A stretch of DNA of 60,802 nt from an uncultured Bacteroidota bacterium (GTDB lineage Bacteria; Bacteroidota; Bacteroidia; Flavobacteriales; Flavobacteriaceae): NCBI GenBank assembly GCA_903889745.1, contig CAISYO010000327.1, forward strand, positions 1 to 60,802, read 5' to 3'. Below the pieces are notes generated by a model, which made no database searches, had not been told where the DNA came from, and saw nothing but the letters and a program-made list of their open reading frames with translations. Position numbers and translations under genes: made by a program. Positions 19,001 to 28,079 of the stretch are shown piece by piece (within the stretch, counting starts at the first letter, position 1; each line of letters opens with the position of its first letter).

Positions 19001-19959
19001 CCAAACCATCTTCTTCCAACTTTTCCAACGTTAACCAAATCTTTTTCATAAATAATTTGGTCATCAAATTGGGAAAAATTAATACTGGATGCTGTTGATG
19101 GCTCTATTGCCGATTGAATTCGCTTTCCTTGTCCGCCAGATGCTGTTACATAATAATAGGATTTATCCGCATAAAGATTCACGCTAGTTAAACTCTCAGA
19201 ATTCCAAGTATCAACTCCTTCTGCATAAAATAAAATATAATCGGAGGAATCAAAAAACCCATCGCTTTCACCGATAAATTGTATTGCATTTTCTTCTAAA
19301 TCATTTGGATAAGCAGTTGCATTTAATAAAGGTAACATTCGTCCACCATTACCATATATTTTAATGGTTCTAGGATCTACGTTGACCTCTAAACCAAGGC
19401 TTTGTAAAAACGATTTAGAAACTTTATAAACACCCGATTTTTCAACATAAAATCGATACCATTTACCGGTTGCTAAAACAGAATTTATTATCGATTGATT
19501 TGAAAAAGTTGATCTATTTACTTGATTTTCATACCTAATTGAGTAGGTTAACGAAATAACCTTTTTGAAATTACCATCTTCTTTAATAATAGGCGAAAAT
19601 TTTATAATTCCTTTATTTTGGTCGCGTGCTTTTGTTGTTTCTGACTGAAAATTAATTGCCGAAGGAATTAACTGCAAATTCAAATCATACAATTCGGAAA
19701 TGGAAATAGTTTTATATACTACATTGGTAACCGAGATAGATGCGTTTGAATTATTGAAATCTATTATTTTGGTATAACTTATTTTTTTTACATCAATGTC
19801 AATATCAAAATTTTCATTCTGAAATTGTGGTACTTTAAACGAATAATCTTCAAAAGTATAGGTTGCCTCTTTTGACCAATCTAAAAGTAATGTTTCACTT
19901 TGTTGAGCAAAAAGGCAAGAAGAAATTAATAAAAAAAAGTGTAAAAGGAGCTTTTTCAT
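16096..19959 (-). CDS. porU: Type IX secretion system sortase PorU (peptidase C25 family)
   Basis: Signal peptide from ATG 19959; LFGDASYDYK; catalytic YFGHG and TITCEF; C-terminal T9SS domain (NYPNPF...GVYVYKL). Confidence 0.93.
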   Translation of the reverse strand: MKKLLLHFFLLISSCLFAQQSETLLLDWSKEATYTFEDYSFKVPQFQNENFDIDIDVKKISYTKIIDFNNSNASISVTNVVYKTISISELYDLNLQLIPSAINFQSETTKARDQNKGIIKFSPIIKEDGNFKKVISLTYSIRYENQVNRSTFSNQSIINSVLATGKWYRFYVEKSGVYKVSKSFLQSLGLEVNVDPRTIKIYGNGGRMLPLLNATAYPNDLEENAIQFIGESDGFFDSSDYILFYAEGVDTWNSESLTSVNLYADKSYYYVTASGGQGKRIQSAIEPSTASSINFSQFDDQIIYEKDLVNVGKVGRRWFGEQFNIDNTKTFSFSVPNLDLTVPVEVKINTASKSFGNSSFNFKVNNQDIGTVTFPQIISNGGIEGYETALNTTFSATTNALDFLLTYDNGGVPTANGFLDFIRLKVKRNLVGFGKQFLFSNDLEQTNIGVGQYSFTNAAAISQIWDVTDIYNVAKYDNTAGANFSFKVNLGTAKKYVAIDESDLYLPLKESSSSVVNQNLKGTIFKDNFGNFQDVDYLIITPQFLVNQAETLANFHRTNSGMSVRVVPLDKIYQEFSSGKQDIAAIRNFIKYVYWNASLPEKRVKYVNLFGDASYDYKDRIFNNTNIVPVFHGFNPSLNEINNSSNFSLYSSFMSDDFYGLMDDSEGTMTGSFDGIDIAVGRILVSSTSQAAEMVNKVLEYHDEKSYGRWRNNFVIYSDDADNSTDATLQVGLNNLADVLTTQKPFVNAKKIHTDAYVQQVAAGGERYPEAKKDFLDALQLGALVFNYFGHGNEEFLARERLFEKLEAQNLTNKYRYPLFVTITCEFTRFDDPNRFTGGEYMFWNKAGGAIGLIATTRQIGVSTGFTMNNLLTEDLYAYGSTNYPTIAEALRLTKIATASDNRRVVFYIGDPALKLAIPKPKVVLTKINDVPVSQPLPVLQALSLVKISGEVRDENDVLQSNYTGDLAVQIFDKEINRSTLGNNGTSDANGLIIMNFTTLGETIFRGNASVVNGQFEFSFVVPQDIRIPVGNGKISFYAKKEGVVLEDETGYDQTIQIGGVNTTAPTDNTPPTVRLHMNDEAFVSGGITNCAPILLAFLSDENGINTASGIGHDIVAILDGDESNPYVLNDYYETENDDYTNGSIRFPFRDLTPGLHTVLFKAWDVYNNLITSEIQFNAICSDEGLKLEKVLNYPNPFVSYTEFWFNHNMPFEPLDVQVQILTISGKLVKTINQQVVSDGFLSRSITWDGKDDFGDKIGKGVYVYKLTVKSVATGKSAEKYEKLVIL

Positions 19960-20169
19960 TGTTTTAAAAAACGCAAATAATGTAAATATATTACAAAGAG
20001 AAAAAAATAAATCATTTTTAGCTAAAAAAATACAATAAAATAAAAAACAACTCGTTATTGATAAAAGCAAATTGCTCCAAATAAATTTTTTTTTACAAAT
20101 TTTTAAAAACGTGTTGCATATTAATACATAATTATTATCTTGCGACACTAAATTTATTACCTACTAAGT

Positions 20170-21882
20170 ATGAAAATTAAGAAAACTATGGCTTTAAAAT
20201 TGTTAGTTGTAATAGCGCTAACAATAGGTTTTACCAGCTGCAGTAAGAAAGGAAGCACTAAAGGCGGATCTTCTGCAACCGGATGGAAAATCAATGACAA
20301 AAAAGGCGGTTTCCAGTTTAATGACAAGTTTAAAAAACAAGAAACTCCTCCAGGTATGTTACCTGTTGAGGGAGGAACATTTACAATGGGTAAAGTTCAA
20401 GATGATGTGATGCATGATTGGAACAATTCCCCAAATCAACAACATGTTCAATCTTTTTACATGGATGAAACAGAAGTTACCAATAAAATGTATACTGAAT
20501 ATTTATATTGGGTAAAAGCAGTTTTTCCACCAACAGAAGAAAATTACAAAAACATTTATAACGGAGCTATTCCGGATACATTGGTTTGGAGAAATCGTTT
20601 AGGTTATAATGAAACTTTGACCAATAACTACCTTAGACATCCTGCTTATGCAAACTACCCGGTAGTTGGTGTAAATTGGATTCAAGCAACAGAATTTTGT
20701 AAATGGAGAACCAACCGTGTTAATGAAAATATCCTTGAACGCGCAAAATATCTTAAAAAAGACAATAAAGTAAGTTTAGGTGTTGATGTAAAAGGTGAAG
20801 CCTCATTTGATACAGAAGCATACATCAATTCTCCTTCTAAATCTTTAGGTGGAAATGAAGAAGTGGTTTTAAAGAAAGGTGCAAAAGGAAAAAAACAAGT
20901 TGGTGAAGATGCTAAAAATGTATATGCTCAAAGAAGTTCTGGATTAATTTTACCAGAATATAGACTTCCTACCGAAGCTGAATGGGAATATGCTGCAGTA
21001 GCACTTGTAGGAAATAGAGAATACAATATTTACAAAGGACAAAAAAAATACCCTTGGAATGGTCAGTATACTCGTTCTTCAAAAAGACAATCTAAAGGAG
21101 ATCAATTAGCAAACTTTAAACAAGGTAAAGGAGATTACGGAGGAATAGCTGGATGGGATGACGGTGCTGATATTACAAACGAAGTTAAACGTTATGCTCC
21201 AAACGACTTTGGTTTATATGATATGGCTGGTAACGTTGCAGAATGGGTACAAGACGTTTATAGACCAATGGTTGATGACGAAGCAAATGATTTCAACTAT
21301 TTTAGAGGAAACGTTTACACTAAAAATAAATTAGATGGTGAAGGAAATGCTGAATTAGTTACTTCTGATAACATTAAATATGACACTTTAAGCAACGGTA
21401 GAATTATGGCTAGAAATTTCCCTGGTCAAATTGCTCAAGTACCAGTTGATGAAAATGAAACCTATTTAAGAACGCAATTCTCAACTTCTGATAACAGAAA
21501 TTACAGAGATGGTGATAGACAATCTACTCGTTTCTTTAAATTTGGAGGTTCTGATGAAGAAAATGCTGAAGGTGCTTCTGAAAAATTCAGAATGTATGAA
21601 TCACCAAAACATAAAATTTCTACAGTAGTTGATTCAGCAAGCAATGCGAAAAAAATGATTAAACAATATGACAAATCTGACAAAAGAACCACTTTAGTAA
21701 ATGATGATGTTAGAGTTTATAAAGGTGGATCTTGGAGAGACAGGGCTTATTGGTTAGATCCAGCATCAAGAAGATATTTTCCTCAAGATATGGCAACTGA
21801 TTTCATCGGATTCAGATGTGCAATGTCTAAAGTTGGGCTAAAATCTAACAAAAAGACTCCTAGAGGAAATCCAAAACAATAA
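20170..21882 (+). CDS. gldJ: Gliding motility lipoprotein GldJ
   Basis: Lipobox FTSC, SSATGW, FGE-sulfatase-fold motifs RLPTEAEWEYAA, GLYDMAGNVAEW, GFRC; divergent from porU. Confidence 0.93.
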   Translation: MKIKKTMALKLLVVIALTIGFTSCSKKGSTKGGSSATGWKINDKKGGFQFNDKFKKQETPPGMLPVEGGTFTMGKVQDDVMHDWNNSPNQQHVQSFYMDETEVTNKMYTEYLYWVKAVFPPTEENYKNIYNGAIPDTLVWRNRLGYNETLTNNYLRHPAYANYPVVGVNWIQATEFCKWRTNRVNENILERAKYLKKDNKVSLGVDVKGEASFDTEAYINSPSKSLGGNEEVVLKKGAKGKKQVGEDAKNVYAQRSSGLILPEYRLPTEAEWEYAAVALVGNREYNIYKGQKKYPWNGQYTRSSKRQSKGDQLANFKQGKGDYGGIAGWDDGADITNEVKRYAPNDFGLYDMAGNVAEWVQDVYRPMVDDEANDFNYFRGNVYTKNKLDGEGNAELVTSDNIKYDTLSNGRIMARNFPGQIAQVPVDENETYLRTQFSTSDNRNYRDGDRQSTRFFKFGGSDEENAEGASEKFRMYESPKHKISTVVDSASNAKKMIKQYDKSDKRTTLVNDDVRVYKGGSWRDRAYWLDPASRRYFPQDMATDFIGFRCAMSKVGLKSNKKTPRGNPKQ

Positions 21883-21900
21883 TTTTCTTAAAATTCATAT

Positions 21901-21932
21901 AAAAGCCCTTTTGTTTAAAAGGGCTTTTTTTT
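21901..21932 (+). terminator. Intrinsic terminator after gldJ
   Basis: AAAAGCCCTTTT-loop-AAAAGGGCTTTTTTT. Confidence 0.8.
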
Positions 21933-21961
21933 ATCTTCGTTTCTCAATAAATCATTTTCCA

Positions 21962-23245
21962 ATGACAATAGATAAAATTCATTCCTTATTTTTAGAATTT
22001 AATTCTGTAGCTACTGATACCCGAAAAATTGAAAAAGACAGTTTTTTTGTTGCTTTAAAAGGAGACCATTTTGACGCTAATACTTTTACCAAAGAAGCAT
22101 TAGAAAAGGGAGCTAAATATGTAGTAATTGATAACGCAAATTATTATTTAGACCACAGAACAATCTTAGTTGAAAATACATTAGAGACACTACAACAACT
22201 AGCCAAATACCATAGAAATTATCTAGGAATTCCAATAATAGCTTTGACGGGCAGTAATGGAAAAACGACAACCAAAGAATTAATTCATGCTGTATTGTCG
22301 CAGAAATACAATACTTTAGCAACGATTGGTAATCTAAATAACCATATTGGTGTCCCATTAACTTTATTACGTTTTACAAAAGAAACCGAAATTGGTATTG
22401 TGGAAATGGGAGCTAATCATCAACAAGAAATTGCCTTCCTTTGCTCTATTGCAGAGCCAGACTTTGGTTATATTACTAATTTTGGTAAAGCACATTTAGA
22501 AGGTTTTGGAGGAGTTGAAGGAGTGATTAAAGGTAAAAGTGAATTGTATGATTTTCTTTCTCAAACTAACAAAACTGTTTTTGTCAATCTTGATGATGCA
22601 TTACAAAATCAAAAAACCACTTCAACAAATCGCTACACCTTTTCTACATCCACAAATAGTAGCAATGTCAAAATTTACAATATTGAGGCAAATCCTATGG
22701 TTACAATAGCATTTAATGGGATAACTATTCAATCACACCTTATTGGCGAATATAATGCCACTAATATTATTGCAGCAATTACAATTGGAAAGTATTTTAA
22801 AGTAGACGATGAAGCTATAAAAACAGCAATTGAAAATTATATTCCAGAAAACAATCGTTCACAACTCATTCAAAAGAATGGAAACGAAATAATTTTAGAT
22901 GCCTATAATGCAAACCCTAGTAGCATGAGTGCGGCTATAGCAAATTTTATCCAACTAAACCATTCGCATAAAATTGCAATTTTAGGAGATATGTTTGAAT
23001 TAGGAACTGAAAGTCTTGTTGAACACAAAAAAATCATTGACTTAGTAACCAACGAATCTTCAATTACTACCTATTTTATTGGAAAAGATTTCTTTACAAA
23101 TCAAGTTGTAGTGCCTCACATAAAGTTTTTTGAAAATTTTGAATCATTTACAAGTTCATTAAGTTCAAACCCACCAACAAATAGCTTACTCTTAATCAAA
23201 GGTTCAAGAGGTATGGCATTAGAAAAAACACTAGATTTTATTTAA
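21962..23245 (+). CDS. murF: UDP-N-acetylmuramoyl-tripeptide--D-Ala-D-Ala ligase
   Basis: DTRKI, TGSNGKTTTKE, NLNNHIGVP, DAYNANP, GDMFELG, KGSRG; start placed at ATG 21962. Confidence 0.95.
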   Translation: MTIDKIHSLFLEFNSVATDTRKIEKDSFFVALKGDHFDANTFTKEALEKGAKYVVIDNANYYLDHRTILVENTLETLQQLAKYHRNYLGIPIIALTGSNGKTTTKELIHAVLSQKYNTLATIGNLNNHIGVPLTLLRFTKETEIGIVEMGANHQQEIAFLCSIAEPDFGYITNFGKAHLEGFGGVEGVIKGKSELYDFLSQTNKTVFVNLDDALQNQKTTSTNRYTFSTSTNSSNVKIYNIEANPMVTIAFNGITIQSHLIGEYNATNIIAAITIGKYFKVDDEAIKTAIENYIPENNRSQLIQKNGNEIILDAYNANPSSMSAAIANFIQLNHSHKIAILGDMFELGTESLVEHKKIIDLVTNESSITTYFIGKDFFTNQVVVPHIKFFENFESFTSSLSSNPPTNSLLLIKGSRGMALEKTLDFI

Positions 23246-23248
23246 ATA

Positions 23249-23278
23249 AAAAAAGCACTTCAATGAAGTGCTTTTTTT
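23249..23278. terminator. Bidirectional terminator between murF and tRNA-Arg
   Basis: A-run GCACTTCA-A-TGAAGTGC T-run. Confidence 0.85.
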
Positions 23279-23279
23279 G

Positions 23280-23353
23280 TGACCTCGGCAGGGTTCGAAC
23301 CTGCAACCAACGGAGCCGAAATCCGTCATTCTATCCAGTTGAACTACGAAGCC
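23280..23353 (-). tRNA. tRNA-Arg (anticodon UCG)
   Basis: GGCTTCG/CGAGGTC acceptor stem, D arm, anticodon arm ACGGA-TT TCG GC-TCCGT, GTTCGAA T loop; CCA not encoded. Confidence 0.93.
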
Positions 23354-23360
23354 GTTTATT

Positions 23361-23425
23361 TAGATGATAGATTATTAGACTTTTGAAATAGACTTAATCT
23401 TTTTTCTATATTCTATCCTCTATAT
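23361..23425. repeat. Degenerate inverted TAGA/TCTA arrays
   Basis: TAGATGA TAGATTAT TAGACTT ... TCTATAT TCTATCC TCTATAT. Confidence 0.5.
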
Positions 23426-23432
23426 TCCGTTA

Positions 23433-23882
23433 TTATACTAAAAGTTTTTTTACAATTCCAGAAATAACTTTACCTTCAGCTTGACCACCAATTTGCGCTG
23501 AAGCTAAGCCCATAACTTTTCCCATTGCAGCAATACCTGTAGCGCCTGTCTCAGCAATAATTTTAGCTACAATAGCTTCAACTTCTGCTTCTGATAATTG
23601 TGCTGGTAGGAATTTTTCGATTACCGCTATTTGGGCTAATTCTGGTTCCGCTAAATCAGGACGGTTTTGAGTAGTAAAGATTTCGTAACTGTCTTTACGC
23701 ATTTTTACTAAACGTTGAAGCATTTTAATTTCATCGGCTTCTGTTAAACCTTCTGCAGCACCCGCTTCTGTTTTTGCTAAGATAATAGCCGATTTAATAG
23801 CGCGTAAAGCTTCCAAAGCTAACGAATCTTTTGCTTTCATAGCTTCTTTCATGTGATCCATGATTTTTACTTCTAAACTCAT
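23433..23882 (-). CDS. GatB/YqeY domain protein
   Basis: MKEAMKAKD...LRAIKSAI, FLPAQLSE, MGKVMG. Confidence 0.92.
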   Translation of the reverse strand: MSLEVKIMDHMKEAMKAKDSLALEALRAIKSAIILAKTEAGAAEGLTEADEIKMLQRLVKMRKDSYEIFTTQNRPDLAEPELAQIAVIEKFLPAQLSEAEVEAIVAKIIAETGATGIAAMGKVMGLASAQIGGQAEGKVISGIVKKLLV

Positions 23883-23927
23883 ATCTATTGTTGGTTTTTT
23901 AATGTTTATTTATTGTGCAAAGGTAAC

Positions 23928-23957
23928 AAAAAAACCCGAAAATTGCTCTTCGGGTTT
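23928..23957 (-). terminator. Intrinsic terminator after ftsZ
   Basis: AAACCCGAA/TTCGGGTTT stem with an A run. Confidence 0.75.
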
Positions 23958-23983
23958 AATGAGGTAGGTTAGATTATTGTAAA

Positions 23984-25957
23984 TTAATCTACATTATCAT
24001 GAAGGAACGAATTGTTAGAACGAAGTTGGATATCATCGTTACTATCTGTTCCTAGTGAAATTCTAGATTGATTACTGTTTGTCGACGGTGATGATGTAAC
24101 ATCAATCCCCATTCGTTTATAAGCAGGCTCTTTCTCAAATTCATCAATTTGCGCATTGCTATTGTTGAATTTATGATTGAATTCCTTCATTTTTCTTTTG
24201 CGTTCTTCGGCTCTAAATTTTAATGTTTCTTCAATAGACATTTCTAATGGTGAAACAGCATCAAAATGAATGTTGTCTTCAAATTTTTCAACTTCTTTTT
24301 TCATTGTGAAATTAAGCTCTTCATCGACAGGCTCATTTACCATAGAAACTTCCTTAACTGCTTCAACTTGAGATTCCATTTCTAAATAATCTTCTAAAGA
24401 ATATTTAATGATTCCGTTTTGATTCACTTCTGTAACTGGAACAACATTAATTGGATCTTTAACTTCTAAAGAACGAGTTTCAGCTGATAAATCGAATACA
24501 ATTGTATTTTCAACCGGAGTTTCTACTGTTGTATTAAACAAATCTAATCCGAAATTAAAATCTTCTTTTGCTATTACAAATTCTGGATCTTTAACTTGAA
24601 TTTCTCTTATTTGAGGTGTGATGATTTCAAAATTTACTGCTGCAGGAGCTGCTACCACTTCAAAAGTAACCTCAATATTTTTTAGAAAATCTGTTGTAGG
24701 AACTAAATCTATTGTTGCCACAGGTTTGTGAATTTCAAAAATAGGGTCCTCAATTTCTTCTTCTAATGTGAAAACGATTTTTGGCTCTACTTCTTCGACA
24801 CTTTCTGAAACAGTTGTAGCAATAACTTCATTTACCTCAGGCGCTTCAAAAATAGGTTCGTTAACCGGAAGTGCTGCAATTGTTTTATTCAATAATTCAT
24901 GAACAATTTTTTGCTCATCTTCTAAAGAGTGTATAATTTTCTTTGGTTCTGTATTTACGATTTCTGCCTGTTGCTCTACATTAAAACCTGTAGCAATAAC
25001 AGTTACAGAGATAGCATCACCTAATGCTTCTTCTTCGCCAACACCCATAATAATATTTGCATTATATCCTGCTTCAGATTGAATGAAGTCATTGATTTCA
25101 CCTATTTCATCGATGGTAATTTCATTTGCTTCATCGGTTCCTGAAACAATTAATAATAACACATTTTTAGCACCCGTAATTTTATTGTCGTTCAATAAAG
25201 GAGAATCTAAAGCGCTTGATATAGCTTGCTTTGCACGATCTACTCCTGATGCAGATGCTGAACCCATAATAGCTGTTCCACTATTTGATAACACGGTTTT
25301 AGCATCTTTAAGGTCGATATTTTGAGTATAGTGATGGGTAATTACCTCTGCAATTCCTCTTGAGGCTGTTGCTAAAACTTCGTCAGCTTTAGAAAAACCT
25401 GCTTTGAAACCTAAGTTTCCATATACTTCACGTAATTTATTATTATTGATAACTACTAAAGAATCTACTTGTTTACGTAAACGTTCTACTCCAGCTAACG
25501 CTTGCTCAGAGCGAACTTTCCCTTCAAATTGAAAAGGAATTGTTACAATACCTACTGTAAGAATGTCTCTGTCTTTTGCTAATTGAGCAATTACAGGAGC
25601 AGCACCCGTACCAGTTCCTCCGCCCATTCCTGCGGTGATAAAAACCATTTTGGTATTGCTGTCTAACATTTTTTCGATTTCGGCAATACTTTCAATAGCA
25701 GATTGTTGGCCTACTTCAGGATTTGCACCAGCCCCTAATCCTTCAGTAAGGTTTACACCTAACTGGATTTTATTTGGCACAGGACTATTTTGTAAAGCCT
25801 GAGAATCGGTATTACAAACTATAAAATCAACCCCTTTAATCCCTTGTTTAAACATGTGATTAATGGCATTACTACCACCTCCTCCAACGCCAATTACTTT
25901 AATTACGTTCGATTGGTTTTTAGGTAGATCAAATGAAATGTTTCCAAATTCTGACAT
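23984..25957 (-). CDS. ftsZ: Cell division protein FtsZ, with long acidic linker
   Basis: GVGGGGSNA, GMGGGTGTG tubulin motif, C-terminal EPAYKR and FLHDNVD. Confidence 0.98.
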   Translation of the reverse strand: MSEFGNISFDLPKNQSNVIKVIGVGGGGSNAINHMFKQGIKGVDFIVCNTDSQALQNSPVPNKIQLGVNLTEGLGAGANPEVGQQSAIESIAEIEKMLDSNTKMVFITAGMGGGTGTGAAPVIAQLAKDRDILTVGIVTIPFQFEGKVRSEQALAGVERLRKQVDSLVVINNNKLREVYGNLGFKAGFSKADEVLATASRGIAEVITHHYTQNIDLKDAKTVLSNSGTAIMGSASASGVDRAKQAISSALDSPLLNDNKITGAKNVLLLIVSGTDEANEITIDEIGEINDFIQSEAGYNANIIMGVGEEEALGDAISVTVIATGFNVEQQAEIVNTEPKKIIHSLEDEQKIVHELLNKTIAALPVNEPIFEAPEVNEVIATTVSESVEEVEPKIVFTLEEEIEDPIFEIHKPVATIDLVPTTDFLKNIEVTFEVVAAPAAVNFEIITPQIREIQVKDPEFVIAKEDFNFGLDLFNTTVETPVENTIVFDLSAETRSLEVKDPINVVPVTEVNQNGIIKYSLEDYLEMESQVEAVKEVSMVNEPVDEELNFTMKKEVEKFEDNIHFDAVSPLEMSIEETLKFRAEERKRKMKEFNHKFNNSNAQIDEFEKEPAYKRMGIDVTSSPSTNSNQSRISLGTDSNDDIQLRSNNSFLHDNVD

Positions 25958-25968
25958 AGTAGTTCCTT

Positions 25969-27348
25969 TTATTCTGCGTTATCTAAAAATTCTTTAATCT
26001 TATCTATATACTTATCAAAAAACGAACGTTTGATTTTTTCATCGGTTGTTTCTTGATGAGCAGGATGAGTTGCTTGTAACTCTTCTTTTTCTTCAGCAAT
26101 AACAGGTGTTTCTGTTACAACTTGAGGGCGAACAACCACTTCTGGTTCTTCTTTTTTCATTTCTACAAATGGCGTAGCACTTTTCGTATTATTTCGAATA
26201 CTATTCATCACTAACCCAACAGCAGTAGCATATAATGGACTTGATAATTCTTCGTTTGAATCTCCTGCTAAATGTTCGTTTGGATATCCTATTCTAGTAT
26301 CCATTCCGGTAATATATTCAACAAGTTGTTTGATGTGTTGCAATTGGGCTCCACCACCTGTCAAAACAATCCCTGCAATTAATTTTTTCTTTGGATCTTC
26401 GTGACCGTATAATTTAATTTCGGCATATACTTGCTCAATGATTTCCACTACTCTAGCGTGAATAATTTTTGATAAGTTTTTCAGCGAAATTTCCTTTGGC
26501 TCTCTTCCTCTTAATCCGGGAATTGAAACAATTTCGTTATCTTTATTTTCTCCTGGCCATGCCGATCCAAAACGCGTTTTTAACAACTCGGCTTGTTTTT
26601 CAATAATTGAACAGCCTTCTTTGATATCTTCTGTAATTACATTTCCTCCAAACGGAACAACTGCAGTATGACGGATGATACCATCTTTAAAAATAGCTAA
26701 ATCGGTAGTTCCACCACCTATATCAATCAAAGCAACTCCGGCTTCTTTTTCTTCTTGACTTAATACTGCATCTGCGGAAGCAAGTGGTTCTAAGGTTAAT
26801 CCAGACAATTCTAATCCGGCGCTTTTTACACATCTGCCAAGGTTGCGAATTGAAGCTGCTTGTCCTACCACAACATGAAAACTAGATTCTAGTCTTCCGC
26901 CATACATTCCAATAGGTTCTTTTATTTCGGCTTGACCATCAATTTTAAATTCTTGTGGCAAAACGTGAATGATTTCCTCGCCTGGCAACATAGCTAACTT
27001 ATGAACTTGACCAATAAGCGTATCAATATCTGCATCGCCAATTACTTCTTCTGAATTTGGTCTACTGATGTAATCACTATGTTGGATACTGCGAATATGT
27101 TGCCCAGCAATCCCTACAACTACATCATTAATTTTATATCCCGAATCGTTTTCTGCTTCTGAAACTGCTTGTTGAATCGACTGAATTGTTTGTGTAATAT
27201 TGTTAACAACACCCCTATGAACACCTAAACTTTTAGATTTTCCTACACCAAGAATTTCAAGTTTACCGTATTCATTTTTCTTCCCTATCATTGCTACAAT
27301 TTTAGTTGTACCAATGTCTAATCCTACTGCAATGTTGTCTTTGTTCAT
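25969..27348 (-). CDS. ftsA: Cell division protein FtsA
   Basis: GLDIGTTKI, DIGGGTTD, VLTGGGA. Confidence 0.97.
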   Translation of the reverse strand: MNKDNIAVGLDIGTTKIVAMIGKKNEYGKLEILGVGKSKSLGVHRGVVNNITQTIQSIQQAVSEAENDSGYKINDVVVGIAGQHIRSIQHSDYISRPNSEEVIGDADIDTLIGQVHKLAMLPGEEIIHVLPQEFKIDGQAEIKEPIGMYGGRLESSFHVVVGQAASIRNLGRCVKSAGLELSGLTLEPLASADAVLSQEEKEAGVALIDIGGGTTDLAIFKDGIIRHTAVVPFGGNVITEDIKEGCSIIEKQAELLKTRFGSAWPGENKDNEIVSIPGLRGREPKEISLKNLSKIIHARVVEIIEQVYAEIKLYGHEDPKKKLIAGIVLTGGGAQLQHIKQLVEYITGMDTRIGYPNEHLAGDSNEELSSPLYATAVGLVMNSIRNNTKSATPFVEMKKEEPEVVVRPQVVTETPVIAEEKEELQATHPAHQETTDEKIKRSFFDKYIDKIKEFLDNAE

Positions 27349-27356
27349 AATTTATT

Positions 27357-28079
27357 TTATTTCTTACAAACCACTTGTTGTGTAAACATTAAGTTTATCT
27401 CTTTATACTCTTTAATCAATGTATCTTTAATTGCATGGTGAAAAAAGGCTTTATAATTTCTTAGCTTTTTTTGCACATTAATTGGTTTCCCAAAAGCAAT
27501 TTTATAATCAAAACTTCTGTTGGTCAACACCACATTTCCAGAAGGCATGATTTGCGCGCCAGTAATATTTTTACTTAAGAAATCATCTTTTTTAATTTCA
27601 TTAAATAATTTCAAATATGACTTTCGCTTTTCTTTACTAATTTCACCAACAACTAGTGGAACTCGTGCCGAAAAATTGGTCGACAATGAAATTCTATCTC
27701 CTTTTCTGTCAAGGTAATAGCTGTCATTATCAGAAATAACTCTTAGTATAGGGGTCTTTTGAGTAATACGCGTATTTAGAAAACCATCTATTGTTGAAAA
27801 AACTTCTGCTTTTTCAATCATCTCATGATGACTGAGTTCGTTTTCTAAAGTATTCAAATCTACTTTATCTTTTTGTAATCTTGAAGCGTCCCCTAAATTT
27901 TGTATTAACAAGTTATTAACCATTTGATGTGTTAAAAACATATTTTCTTTTGAGTCAAATTGAATATCTATCTTCTTGATTTTACGCACGCTATTTCTTT
28001 TTGAAGAAAAGGAATACAAAAAAATCATTACAAAAAAGACCATCACTAGTCGTATACTATACCAATTAATTCTTCTCAT
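27357..28079 (-). CDS. ftsQ: Cell division protein FtsQ/DivIB
   Basis: Single N-terminal TM helix, POTRA-like region, QVVC C-terminus; lies between murC and ftsA. Confidence 0.85.
   Translation of the reverse strand: MRRINWYSIRLVMVFFVMIFLYSFSSKRNSVRKIKKIDIQFDSKENMFLTHQMVNNLLIQNLGDASRLQKDKVDLNTLENELSHHEMIEKAEVFSTIDGFLNTRITQKTPILRVISDNDSYYLDRKGDRISLSTNFSARVPLVVGEISKEKRKSYLKLFNEIKKDDFLSKNITGAQIMPSGNVVLTNRSFDYKIAFGKPINVQKKLRNYKAFFHHAIKDTLIKEYKEINLMFTQQVVCKK

Noticed and set aside
19960-20148. 63-residue N-terminal extension of PorU in the ORF track
   Set aside because: It translates the A/T-rich divergent promoter region; the signal peptide begins at ATG 19959. Similar over-extended starts were trimmed for the globin, mlaF, cdd, murF, gldC, the sigma factor and the O-methyltransferase.
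20170-21882. GldJ as a formylglycine-generating enzyme
   Set aside because: It shares the fold motifs only; the lipobox, length and position next to porU identify it as GldJ.
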